The notes beneath the pieces were generated by a model that saw only the letters and a list, made by a program, of their open reading frames with translations, had not been told where the DNA came from and did not search any database. A stretch of 64,000 nucleotides of DNA, taken from Octopus bimaculoides. Its lineage: Eukaryota. Positions 53,034 to 64,000 of the stretch are shown here, piece after piece. Numbering within the stretch: position 1 is the first letter of the stretch; each line of letters begins with the position of its first letter. The translations under genes and the position numbers were made by a program. The stretch is from positions 13,328,753-13,392,752 of the forward strand of contig NC_068998.1 in assembly GCF_001194135.2 (NCBI RefSeq). The letters are read 5' to 3'.

Positions 53034-53400
53034 GCTTGCTTACCGACCACATGGTTTTGGATTCAGTCCCACTGCGTGGCACCTTGGGCAAGTGTCTTCT
53101 ACTATAGCCTCGGGCCGACCAAAGCCTTGTGAGTGGATTTGGTAGACGGAAACTGAAAGAAGCCCGTCGTATATATGTATATATGTGTGTTTGTGTGTCT
53201 GTGTTTGTCTCCCCAACATCACTTGACAACTGATGCCGGTGTGTTTACGTCCCCGTAACTTAGCGGTTCAGCAAAAGAGACTGATAGAATAAGTACGAGG
53301 CTTACAAAAGAGTAAGTCCTGGGGTCGATTTGCTTGACTAAAGGCGGTGCTCCAGCATGGCCGCAGTCACATGACTGAAACAAGTAAAGAGAGTAAAAAA
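53034..53400 (+). mobile_element. SINE family A, young copy, 5' end lost in assembly gap
   Basis: Retains CpGs (CTGCGTGGC, CTCGGGCCG, GACGGAAAC). Confidence 0.9.
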
Positions 53401-53724
53401 GAGAGTAATATATTTCCCCAAAAATTCTGATTTTAATAACCCTTTTGCTGTTGTTCTTTTTACCTTCATACTTGTTTCAGTCATCTGACTGTGGCCATGC
53501 TGGGGCACCATCCTTGAAGGGTTTTAATTGAACAAATCGGCCCTGGGACTTATTGCTTATTTTTAAGCCTACTATTTATTCTATTGGCCTTTTTTATCAA
53601 ACCACTAAGTCACAGGGACATAAACACACCAACACTGGTTGTCACGTGGTGATGGGGGACAAACGAAAAGCTTCTACCAAAATTTCATATTAATTTATAA
53701 TCCAGTTGTTAGCTTATCATTATC

Positions 53725-54020
53725 TTCATTATCATCGTTTAATGTTCTATATTGGCATAGATTGGTTAGTTTGACAGGAGCTGGCCAGGTAGAAGACTGC
53801 CCCAAATTTCTGTCTCTGTTTTGGCATGGTTTTTCCAGCTGGATGCCCTTCCTAACACCAACCACCTACGAGAGTGGACTGAGTGTTATTTTACGTGCCA
53901 CCAGCACTGGCGAGGTCAATTTTGGCATGGTTTTTGCAGCTGCATGCCCTTCCAAATGCCAACTAATTTGCAATGTAGACTGGATGCTTTATACGTGGCA
54001 CCAGCACCAGTAAGGTCATC
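53725..54020 (-). mobile_element. RTE-type 3' tail, diverged
   Basis: CATCATCGTTTAATG and CAGCTGGATGCCCTTCCTAACACCAACC motifs. Confidence 0.65.
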
Positions 54021-54526
54021 AAGTAACTTTATAAGACAAGGAATCTTTGAAAGAGGTGGGGGCACTGGAGGAGGTGATCTTGTGCCAGATGTTGTAAGGT
54101 TAGAGTGTGACAGAGACAGAGAGACAGAAACAGGTGTCTTGCTGCAAGGAAGGTACGTGGTTACCTGGTCAGAGAGAGATAGGGGGGAGGAGAGAGAGGG
54201 GGAAGAGAGAGAGGGGAAGAGATATGGGGGAAGAGAGGGGGGAAGAGAGAGGGGGAAGAAAGAGTGGGGGAGGGAAGAGAGAGAAAGAATATCAAGTTAT
54301 TTTACTGATTTCTGAATTCTTCATTATTTCAAAATACATTGAAACAAAGACAATATATTTCTGGAGATATATGGTAATTAAAGGGGTAAAAGACTTATAT
54401 AGGGAGCTGTGGACCAAAAAAAGGTTGAATGACCATACACTTCCCTTATATTACAACTATATAAAGCTCATCTAATAATATCTTCAAAACACCAGATAGT
54501 GTTCTGTAATATCATAAGTGTCTTGA

Positions 54527-54960
54527 GGCAGTGAGCTGGCTGTATCGTTAGCACGCCGGACGAAATGCTTAGTGGTATTTCGTCTGACGTTACGTTCTGA
54601 GTTCAAATTCCACCGAGGTCGACTTTGCCTTTCATCCTTTCAGGGTTGATAAATTAAGTACTAGTTACGCACTGGGGTCGATGTAATCGACTTAATCCAT
54701 TTGTCTGTCCTTGTTTATCCCCTCTATGTTTATCCCCTTGTGGGCAATTAAGAAATAAGTAACATTAGCCCGTCGGGTGAAAAATGCTTAGCAGTATTTT
54801 CTCTGTTTTTACATTCTGAGTTCAAATTCCACCAAGGTCAACTTTGCCTTTCATCCTTTCGGGGTCGATAAATTAAGTACCAGTTGCATACTGAGCATTG
54901 ATCTAATCGACTGGTCCCCTCCCCAAAAATTTCAGGCTTTGTGTCTAGAGTAGAAAGGAA
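54527..54960 (+). mobile_element. Two tandem family C SINEs with different tails
   Basis: 54527-54757 has tail type 1 (CCCTTGTGGGCAATTAAGAAATAAG); 54760-54960 has tail type 2. Confidence 0.85.
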
Positions 54961-55485
54961 TATTATAAAGTGTCTTATCTAGTGTGTTGTGGACCAAAAA
55001 AAAATAGGTTGAAAATCACTGCCATAGACTATTTAATTTTCCAGTGAAATATACCAAGTTCTTCCTGTTGAGTTGAAATATAGAATTGAGAATTAAGCAA
55101 ATATAGCTTTTGATTTTACTGATTTTGTCATCATATTTTCCTGTGATGTTAGCAATACAGGAAGAAATATTGTCAAAGGAAAGAAGAAAGGTAAAAAAAA
55201 TTATATAATTTATTGGTTTGTTTTGTGTTATTTTTATTTTAGTATTCTATTATATTTTTCTTTATTAACTTTTTTTTTTTCCATTTTGAAGATTGAAATG
55301 GAAGAAAATAATTGTGTGTCTAAGAGACAAGATAAAAAGAAATGGTAAAAATGTTAGGAATAAAAAATGAAAGAGAAAAGCACTTCAGTTTAAATAATAA
55401 CCATATTGTTCACTAAAATGCTTTGGGTATGAAATTAAATGAAAATATATATATAAAAAAAGGAAAATTAATGCTGAATAAATAA

Positions 55486-55566
55486 ATGATGATGATGACG
55501 ACGACGACGACGACGACGACGATGATGATGATGATGATGATGATGACGATGATGATGATGATGATG

Positions 55567-55600
<34 letters not shown>

Positions 55601-55650
55601 CGACGATGATGATGATGATGATGAAGATGATGATGATGATGATGATGATA
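55486..55650. repeat. Compound (GAT)n/(GAC)n microsatellite followed by a purine-rich tract to about 55900
   Basis: Directly visible. Confidence 0.95.
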
Positions 55651-56404
55651 ACTATTACAAGAACAATGCGAAGAAGGGGGTAGAGGAGGAAGGGGAAGTG
55701 TATAAGGAAGATGAGAGTGGGGTAGAGGTGAGAAGGAGAGAAGGAGGAGGAGGAGGAGAGAAGGAGGAGGAGGAGGAGAGGGGGAAGAGGAGGAGGAGAA
55801 ATATTAAGGGGAAAGAAATGAAAAAAGGTGAAGGGAAAGGGAAAAAGGTAGAGAAAGAGAGAGGGTGGGGTGGAGGAACAGAAAGAAAAGAGAAGTTATA
55901 AAGTTATAAAGAAATATTGTTAATTTTTTACCTGTAAACAAAATTTACCTCTTGAACAATGTGAATCAATTTCAAAAGTGAACAAGTAGAGAATTAATTT
56001 CCAGAGAAGAGAATTTCCCTTTTTAGAAAGAATAAAAATTTAAAATAAAAGGAAATATGTGTTTCATATATATTTTTTTTTTAGCTCCTTCAAATTCAGC
56101 TCCCTTTTCTTCCATGTCTCTTCTCTCTCTCTCTCTCTCTCTCTGCATCCCTTCCCTCTCTTTCTCACTGTGGTTTGAAACAGAAAACCCCAAACCTAAT
56201 CTTTCTCCGAGGAATAATAAAATTCTTAATATCTGAATGAATAATTTTAACGAAGGTTGTGGGGGTTTTAAGAGTAGATTTCAAACAAACAGATTGAAAA
56301 AAAATAATAATTTAGACAAATACAATAGCTGCAGTTGTTGTTGTTGAGCTCAAGGTAATCGTTAATTGAGCAGACCTTTGATTGAAGATATCCCAGCCAT
56401 AGCT

Positions 56405-56638
56405 ATTCTTTTACTTGTTTCAGCCATTTTGACTGCAGCCATGCTGGAGCACTGCTTTGAAGGGTTTTAGTCGAGCAAATCGAACCCAGACTTATTTCTT
56501 AAGCCTAGTACTTATTCTATTGATCTCTTTTGCTGAACCACTATGTTACAGGGACATAAACACATCAATGATGGGGAGACAAACAGACACAAAGACATAC
56601 ACAAATATGTACATATATATACATACAGATATATATAT

Positions 56639-56676
<38 letters not shown>

Positions 56677-56683
56677 GTATGTG

Positions 56684-56726
<43 letters not shown>

Positions 56727-56885
56727 AGTTTCTTTCAGTTTCTGTCTACCAAATCCACTCACAAAGCTTTGGTTAGTCCAAGGCTATAGTGGAATACACT
56801 TGTCCAAGGTGCCATGCAGTGAGACTGAACCTGGAACCATGTGGTTGAGAAGCAAGCTTTTTTCCCCCACAGCCACACCTATGCC
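56405..56885 (-). mobile_element. SINE family A, full length
   Basis: Reverse-complement match to all blocks. Confidence 0.85.
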
Positions 56886-58244
56886 TATCTCACCCTTTTA
56901 GTTATATTGTTCTTCTTGCATAGGTTTATCTAGGACTACATTATCTAATGTATCTTTTCCTTACTTAAGACGACAACATGTGATTTGAGGGAGATTTGGT
57001 TGTTGTTTCTAGCATTTCATCATGAAGAAGTTCCTTGCTCATTTAATGTTACTGTTTAACATTTTAGCCTCAGGTAAGCAATGATTGAGCAAACCCATGA
57101 TCAAAGATTTTCCTGCCTTTATTGGAGGTCACTTCAGAGCTGCATTTTCCCATGTACCCTTCACTTGCTGGAGACAGCTGATTATTACTTGAGGAAATTT
57201 AGCTGTTATTTCTTGTATTTCAACTGATCATGAAGAGGCTTCCTCAAGTTGTTGTTGCTGTCGGTGGTGGGAGTTTGGACCCAGTTTAGCTCAGGTTGAG
57301 TAGACATAGGACGAAAGGTGTTCCAACTGCAACCATCCCATCTTTTCTCTATGTATAGAGAATTTGGGATTGCATTATACAATGTGTTCTTTCCTAAGAT
57401 AGTAGGAATGAGATTTGAGGGAGATTTACCTGATACTTCTAGCAGGTTGAACAACCATGTTTAGGTTCCCTCATTAGCTCATCAGCTTCATGTTGTTGTT
57501 GTTGGTAGTAGTAGTAGTAGTGGTGGTGGTGGTGGTGGCAGCGGCGGTGGCGGTAGGATAGTGGTGATGGTTGTGGTGGTGGTGGTGTAGGGTGGTGGGA
57601 CTTATGGTGGCGATAAAACTTAAAATTCAATATTTTCTTTTCAGATGATTGATTTGATTTGATATGAATTCAAAATTTTATTTCTATATTTCCCTAATCA
57701 TTTATTCATTTTTTTAATATTTATTTCTTTTCCAATCATATTCTTCTGTCTAAAAGAAAATGTTATACAATCACAGTAACATGCTCAATTACATCCACAA
57801 AAATGGAACAATTTCCTTCAGGATATTTCTCAAGCTTTTGTGAGTTAAATGTATATTTTAGAAATAAATAAATAAATAAAAGAATTTTGATAATTAATTC
57901 TGATCAACTTATTTATTACTGAGTAAAACTAAATAACTAAGACTTTATTATTAAGCTACCCCAAGCTATCAAAATTTACTGCTAACAATAAAGCAGGGAA
58001 GATTCTGTGTTGCTGCTTGAACTGCCAGAAATAATGACCAAAATTCCCATAATGAACCAATGAGGAAGACTATGTGGTTACTTGAACTACAAGAAATAAC
58101 AACTAAAATTCCTGCAGGACTTATTCTTTGTAAGCCTAGTACTTATTTTATCGGTCTTTTTTGCCGAACTACTAAGTTACGGGGATGTAAACATACCAGC
58201 ATCGGTTGTCAAGCGATGTTGAGGGGACAAACACAGACACACAA

Positions 58245-58281
<37 letters not shown>

Positions 58282-58689
58282 NNNNNNNNNNNNNNNNNNN
58301 NNNNNNNNNNNNNNNNNNNNNNNNNNNNNNNNNNNNNNNNNNNNNNNNNNNNNNNNNNNNNNNNNNNNNNNNNNNNNNNNNNNNNNNNNNNNNNNNNNNN
58401 NNNNNNNNNNNNNNNNNNNNNNNNNNNNNNNNNNNNNNNNNNNNNNNNNNNNNNNNNNNNNNNNNNNNNNNNNNNNNNNNNNNNNNNNNNNNNNNNNNNN
58501 NNNNNNNNNNNNNNNNNNNNNNNNNNNNNNNNNNNNNNNNNNNNNNNNNNNNNNNNNNNNNNNNNNNNNNNNNNNNNNNNNNNNNNNNNNNNNNNNNNNN
58601 NNNNNNNNNNNNNNNNNNNNNNNNNNNNNNNNNNNNNNNNNNNNNNNNNNNNNNNNNNNNNNNNNNNNNNNNNNNNNNNNNNNNNNNNN

Positions 58690-58733
<44 letters not shown>

Positions 58734-59341
58734 ATGTGTATGTGTGTGTGTGTATGTATATGTGTGTGTGTGTGTCATAGTGTTTAGCAGCAGTGTGACC
58801 TTCCCCTCAGCGCCATGCTCTCACCCCAATGTGCTGCAGCTGTGTTAAGACCCGAAATTAGAAATACGATAAAATCATCTGTTATTGAAGCTATTGATCT
58901 CACTGTCAGAGATGAAACAGCATAAAAATGTGCACTAAAAACTGGTGAAAGCACGAAGCCCTTCACTCTTCCCTGACAGTGCCATACCAAGCAAATAACA
59001 CCACAAGGAATGCAAGTCAACCAACCAAGGAAAGGCCAAAATGTCAAAACTTTTGAAGAGCAAGTCATTCGTGCATTTCTAAGAAAATGCATAAACTAAT
59101 ATGGTTGGATGAAGTAGAAGTTATAAAAATTAATGGTGTTGATGTAATTATAAAAATTAATGGTGTTGATGTAATTATCAAAAAATGTATGTTCCATCTT
59201 TAAAGATCAGGCTGCTTCCCAACCACATGGTTCTGGGTTCAGTCCCACTGTGTGGCACTTTGGGCAAATGTCTTTTGCTATAGCCTCAAGCCGACCAAAG
59301 CCTTGTGAGTGGATTTGGCAGAGAGAAACTGAAAGCCTGCC

Positions 59342-59550
59342 ATGTGTGTGTGTTTGTGTCTGTGTGTGTGTTTGTGTCTGTGTGTGTGTTTGTGTCTGTG
59401 TGTGTGTTTGTGTCTGTGTGTGTGTTTGTGTCTGTGTGTGTGTTTGTGTCTGTGTGTGTGTTTGTGTCTGTGTGTGTGTTTGTGTCTGTGTGTGTGTTTG
59501 TGTCTGTGTGTGTGCTTGAGTCTGTGTGTGTGCTTGAGTCTGTGTGTGTG
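59342..59550 (+). repeat. 18-bp minisatellite of about 11 units inside a family A SINE (59205-59630)
   Basis: TGTGTGTGTTTGTGTCTG units; the last two read TGTGTGTGCTTGAGTCTG. Confidence 0.92.
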
Positions 59551-59764
59551 TCCCTTATCACTGCTTGACAACAAGTGTTGGTGCATTTATGTCTCCCTAA
59601 CTTAGCAGACCAATAGAATAAGTGCCAGACAATAAGGGTCTTGTGACAGCTCTTCTGCATCCTCGAAGGTGATGTTGAGCCTTTGAATGATCTTCCCCCG
59701 ATCATTCCAGCCATCTGGCGCAGGGTATTTTCAACATGAAGTTTATATTAAAAGAGTTAAATAA

Positions 59765-59985
59765 AATAATACTTTCTATTATAGGTACAAGGCCTGAAAT
59801 TTGCAGGGAGGGGGTAAATTGATTACATTGACCCCAGTGCATAACTGGAAATTATTTAATTGACCCCGAAAGAATGAAAGGCAAAGTTTCCCTTGGTGGA
59901 ATTTGAACTCAGAACGTAGTGGCAGATGAAATACCAGTAAGCATTTCGCCCAGCGTGCTAACGATTCTGCTAGCTCGCCACCTGA
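59765..59985 (-). mobile_element. SINE family C
   Basis: Reverse-complement match, ending GATTCTGCTAGCTCGCC. Confidence 0.85.
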
Positions 59986-60124
59986 GAATTAAGTAAAATA
60001 ATATTCTATAAAATAATAATTTTTCAAATGGTAAGGAAGGAAAATGTCATAAGTGGAAGGCACCAAAAGCTAGTATCATAGAACAAGGAGTGATTGCTGG
60101 TGAGTTGAATCAAAAGGGTAAAGT

Positions 60125-60424
60125 CATCAGCATCATCGTTTAATGTCCGCTTTCCATGCTGGTATGGGCTGGATAGTTTGATTGAGGTCTGGCAAGCCAG
60201 TGGGCTGCACCAGGCTCCAGTCTGATCTGGCAATGATTTTACGGCTGGATGCCCTTCCTAATGCCAACCACTGCAAGGGTGTAGTGGGTACTTTTTAGGT
60301 ACCACCGGCACAGGAGCCAGTCAGGGGGAACTGGCATCGATCATGTTCGGATGGTGCTTTTTACTTGCTACCAGCACAGGGGCCAGTCAGGGGGCACTGG
60401 CATTGACCATGTTCAGATGGTGCT
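60125..60424 (-). mobile_element. RTE LINE 3' end with two 65-bp UTR repeats
   Basis: Matches 19803-20030 and 30090-30380. Confidence 0.85.
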
Positions 60425-61373
60425 AGCACCAAATATGACTAGATACCACACCTAAGTTAAAACTGGATACAAGTGCAATTGCAGGTAAGTAAAAAAAGGT
60501 AATGGTTACCTTCTCAAGTCATGACAACTCATAAGGGATGGTTTCCTAGTTTCTGTGGCATATAAATTCCCCACCTGGATGGGACGTCAGTTTGTCACAA
60601 GAGTACTCCCTTTTGCTTGCTGAGTGAACTGGAGCAACATGAAATGAAGTGTTTTGCTCAAGAATACAATGCATCACCCAGTCTAGGAAATGAAACCACA
60701 ATCTTACGATCATGAGTCCAACACCCGAACCACAAAGCCATGTACCTCCACTGAACAGTTTGCACGTTAACTGTTATCAAAAGGGTTAATTCTGTACAGA
60801 TTACTCTGTCAAATGTAATTCTTATCTATTCACATTGCTTTGATTTAATCTTGCACTATCCTATAATTTTAAGATTTCAATAATGTGATTCTTTATTTTT
60901 AGAATGGTAGGTGTGAGAAGCAAGATCTGGCCAGTTTGAACATAATACAGATAGAATGTTTTTGCCAGTTACAGCTGATTTAATTGCTAAAGGGTCAATT
61001 CAATTCATAAATTAAATCTCAGTAGTGCCAACTTTCACCAGCTACAAAACTTAAGTTTGGTTAATATTAAAATTGGATACAAAACCAAAATGCAGATGAT
61101 TTAGTATCAAAAATCTTAAGTCAGTTGATAAAATTAATTCCAGTAGTGCCAAATATGACAAGATACCAAACTTAAGTTTGATTAATGTTAGAATTGGCTA
61201 CAACGGTGTCTTAGTAAGAGATCAGTCAAACGTTTGCCTCTACAGCCCTTGATTATTCTTTGTGTACTTCCCATGTTGAAAATAATTGCACTTTTAAAAT
61301 TAGTTGATGTCAATAAAAAAATACTTTCAAAAACATTTTATAATTCTTGACAGAAGTATTTTGCTCAGTTTTT

Positions 61374-61561
61374 CCCTTTAGCATTCAGAATACATTATCA
61401 AAAGTAATGCTTGCTTATTCACATTGTTTTGAATGAATCATTTATTATCTTATAGCTTTGAAAGTTTAATAAGGAACTATTTATTTTTAGAATGACATTG
61501 TAAGGTAAGAGTGAAAGGCCAGATATGATGTATATGACCAGTTTAAATACTAAAGGGTTAA
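61374..61561. mobile_element. piggyBac-like MITE with 12-bp TIR
   Basis: CCCTTTAGCATT (61374) and AATACTAAAGGG (61546-61557), followed by TTAA. Confidence 0.75.
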
Positions 61562-61566
61562 ATATC

Positions 61567-61942
61567 AGGTGCAGGAATGGCTGTGTGGTAAGTAGCTTGC
61601 TTACCAACCACATGGTTCTGGGTTCAGTCCCATTGTGTGGCACCTTGGGCAAGTGTCTTCTACTATAGCCTCGGGCTGACCAAAGCTTTGTGAGTGGATT
61701 TGGTAGACAGAAACTGAAAGAAGCCCGTCGCATATATGTATATAAATATATATGTGCCAGTGGCATGTAAAAGCACCAACTACACTCTTGGAGTGGTTGG
61801 TGTTAGGAAGGGCATCCAGTTGTAAAAACTCTGTCAAATCCGATTGGAGGCTGGTGTTGCCATCCGGTTTCACCAGTCCTCAGTCAAATCGTCCAACCCA
61901 TGCTAGCATGGAAAGCAGACATTAAACGGTGATGATGATGAT

Positions 61943-61993
<51 letters not shown>

Positions 61994-62180
61994 GTGTGTG
62001 TGTGCATATATTTGTGTGTGTTTTTCTCCCCAACATCTTAGCGGTTCGGCAAAAAGATAACTGATAGAATAAGTACTAGGCTTACAAATAATAAGTCCTG
62101 GGGTCGATTTGCTCGACTAAAGGTGGTGCTCCAGCATGGCCACAGTCAAATGACTGAAGCAATTAAAAGAATAAAAGAAT
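61567..62180 (+). mobile_element. SINE family A with an RTE 3' end (61753-61943) inserted in its internal (TA)n
   Basis: Head 61567-61745, RTE tail ending (GAT)n, SINE 3' half 61990-62180. Confidence 0.88.
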
Positions 62181-62305
62181 ATGTGTAAATTCATTTTTTT
62201 TAGATGTGATATTCGTTTTAGATGTTATAGTCTTCTTCCAATATTGATCTGAACAAAGGATCATAGGAGGAAAGAGATAGTTAATTGTCTTTCATTTGCT
62301 CTTTG

Positions 62306-62342
<37 letters not shown>

Positions 62343-62785
62343 CAGGCTGATGCATAAAAAAAATTATTTATGATTTTTAAAAATTTATTCCTTTTTACAT
62401 CAAATGCATCCACCTTGACGTATATTAGAAAATATTTTATGTAAATTATAACTAATTGTGCATGTTCGTTTCTAAGTGAAAGTCCAGCTTTTACTTGCTC
62501 CGGTCAAGAAATTGTGGCCATGGCATGCTGAGGCACTGCCTAGAAAGGTTTACTTGAACAGATTGAGACTGGTATTTATTTTTTAAGTCTTTTACTTATT
62601 CTATTGGTCTCATTTGCTGTACTGCTAAGTTACAGGGATATACACAAACCAACACCAGCTGTCAAGTGATTGGGGACAAACACAAACAAAGACACACACA
62701 CACACGCACACACACACACACACACACATATATACACACACATCTATGTATATCTATATCTATCTATCCATCCATCCATCCATCC

Positions 62786-62862
<77 letters not shown>

Positions 62863-63411
62863 GAGAGAGAGAGAGAGAGATACAGAGACAGACAGACAGA
62901 CAGATAGATAGATAGATACAGAGACAGACAGACAGGTAGATAGATAGATAGATGATGGGCTGGGCTTCTCTCTGTTTTCATCAGCCAAATCCTCTTACAA
63001 GGTTACGGTCAGCCTCAGGCTATAGCAGAAGACACTTGCCCAAAATGCCACACAGAACTCAGTGGGATTGAACCCAGAGACACTTGGTCAAAGTATCATG
63101 CAGTCTCACTGCATGACACATTGGGTAAGTGTCTTCTATGATGAACAATGTTCTTTTCCAAACAGTCATGAATTTTTGTATGTCAAGGATTACATTGTCC
63201 AGTGCTTTCTTCTTTATTTAAGACTGTCAGAGGTTATGAAATTAGTTTCGTGTGTGTTCATTTGATTTATGAATAGAAAGACTTAAGACTATTCCAAATA
63301 TCAATCGATGCTTGTGCCAGCAAATTAGCACACATGAATGGGTCACCAACGCATGCAAGTACACACACACAAATACACACACATACACACACACACACAT
63401 GCATGCACGCA

Positions 63412-63458
<47 letters not shown>

Positions 63459-63471
63459 TAGATCATCATCA

Positions 63472-63812
63472 TGTGAAGGCACATGGCTCAGTGGTTAGTG
63501 TACCAAGCTCACAATCACGTGGTAATCAGATCAATTCCCAGACCAGGCTGTGCATTTTATTTTTGAGCAAGACACTTTATTTCACATTGCTCCAGTTCAT
63601 TCAGCTGTAAAAATGAGTTGCAACGTCACTGGTGCCAAGCTGTATCAGCCTTAGCCTTTCCTTTAGATAACATCGGTGTGGCATGAGGAGAGGCGGCTGG
63701 TATACATGGGTGACTGGTGGTTTTTCATAAATAACCTTGCCTGGACTTGTGCCTTGGAGGGTAAATTCCTAATTAGAATCCCATGGTCATTCATGACTGA
63801 AATGAGTCTTTA
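63472..63812 (+). mobile_element. SINE family B, full length
   Basis: Matches 31915-32255. Confidence 0.85.
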
Positions 63813-63874
63813 CCATTTTTATATCACCATTAGCATCACTTAGCATCTCCTTACACCCTTGAAATGGGTTAGAT

Positions 63875-63922
<48 letters not shown>

Positions 63923-64000
63923 TTAAAATACAGAGATGCCTATAATAGGACATCTGCCTATAATAGAAAGAGCAGCAAAAGACTACATACCACAAAAATA

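Noticed and set aside
55482-55901. Stop-free frame with about 50 Asp codons (GAT/GAC) then Glu/Lys/Gly-rich sequence, like acidic biomineral proteins
   Set aside because: No ATG or clear acceptor before the poly-Asp; GAC/GAT mixing is explained by CpG decay and also occurs at 25595-25640; GAY and purine tracts lack stops by composition.
59342-59550. Regular repeat array as a possible CRISPR
   Set aside because: No unique spacers, eukaryotic context, no cas genes.
1-64000. Dozens of ORFs rich in CV, HT, YI, II, NN or MM repeats, and ORFs with X runs
   Set aside because: They are translations of microsatellites or read through N gaps; no coding evidence.

Overview
AT-rich eukaryotic genomic DNA dominated by microsatellites and interspersed repeats, with several assembly gaps (about 10534-10790, 29329-29651, 50835-51531, 52618-53033, 58282-58689, plus short ones). 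The repeat content ((TA)n/(CA)n arrays, abundant tRNA-headed SINEs, RTE, R4/Dong, CR1-like and Penelope-like retroelements, mariner) suggests a coleoid cephalopod (octopus-like) intronic or intergenic region; this is inference and was not checked by any search. I found no confidently identifiable host protein-coding gene, rRNA, tRNA gene or CRISPR array. Most ORFs in the track are microsatellite, N-gap or SINE artefacts; the real coding signal is decayed transposon sequence. Repeat family labels A, B, C and F are my own, and repeat boundaries are approximate. Most notable observations: (1) a near-complete minimal type I hammerhead ribozyme at 26422-26471; (2) a Penelope-like element with an inverted 5' segment; (3) an RTE LINE with a C4HC3 PHD-type finger inside its RT region and a 3' UTR of 65-bp repeats carrying a stem-conserved hairpin; (4) a 28-bp locally templated insertion at a deletion junction in a SINE; (5) a 73-bp-arm palindrome next to a head-to-head SINE pair; (6) LINE-SINE tail sharing and microsatellite-targeted insertions.
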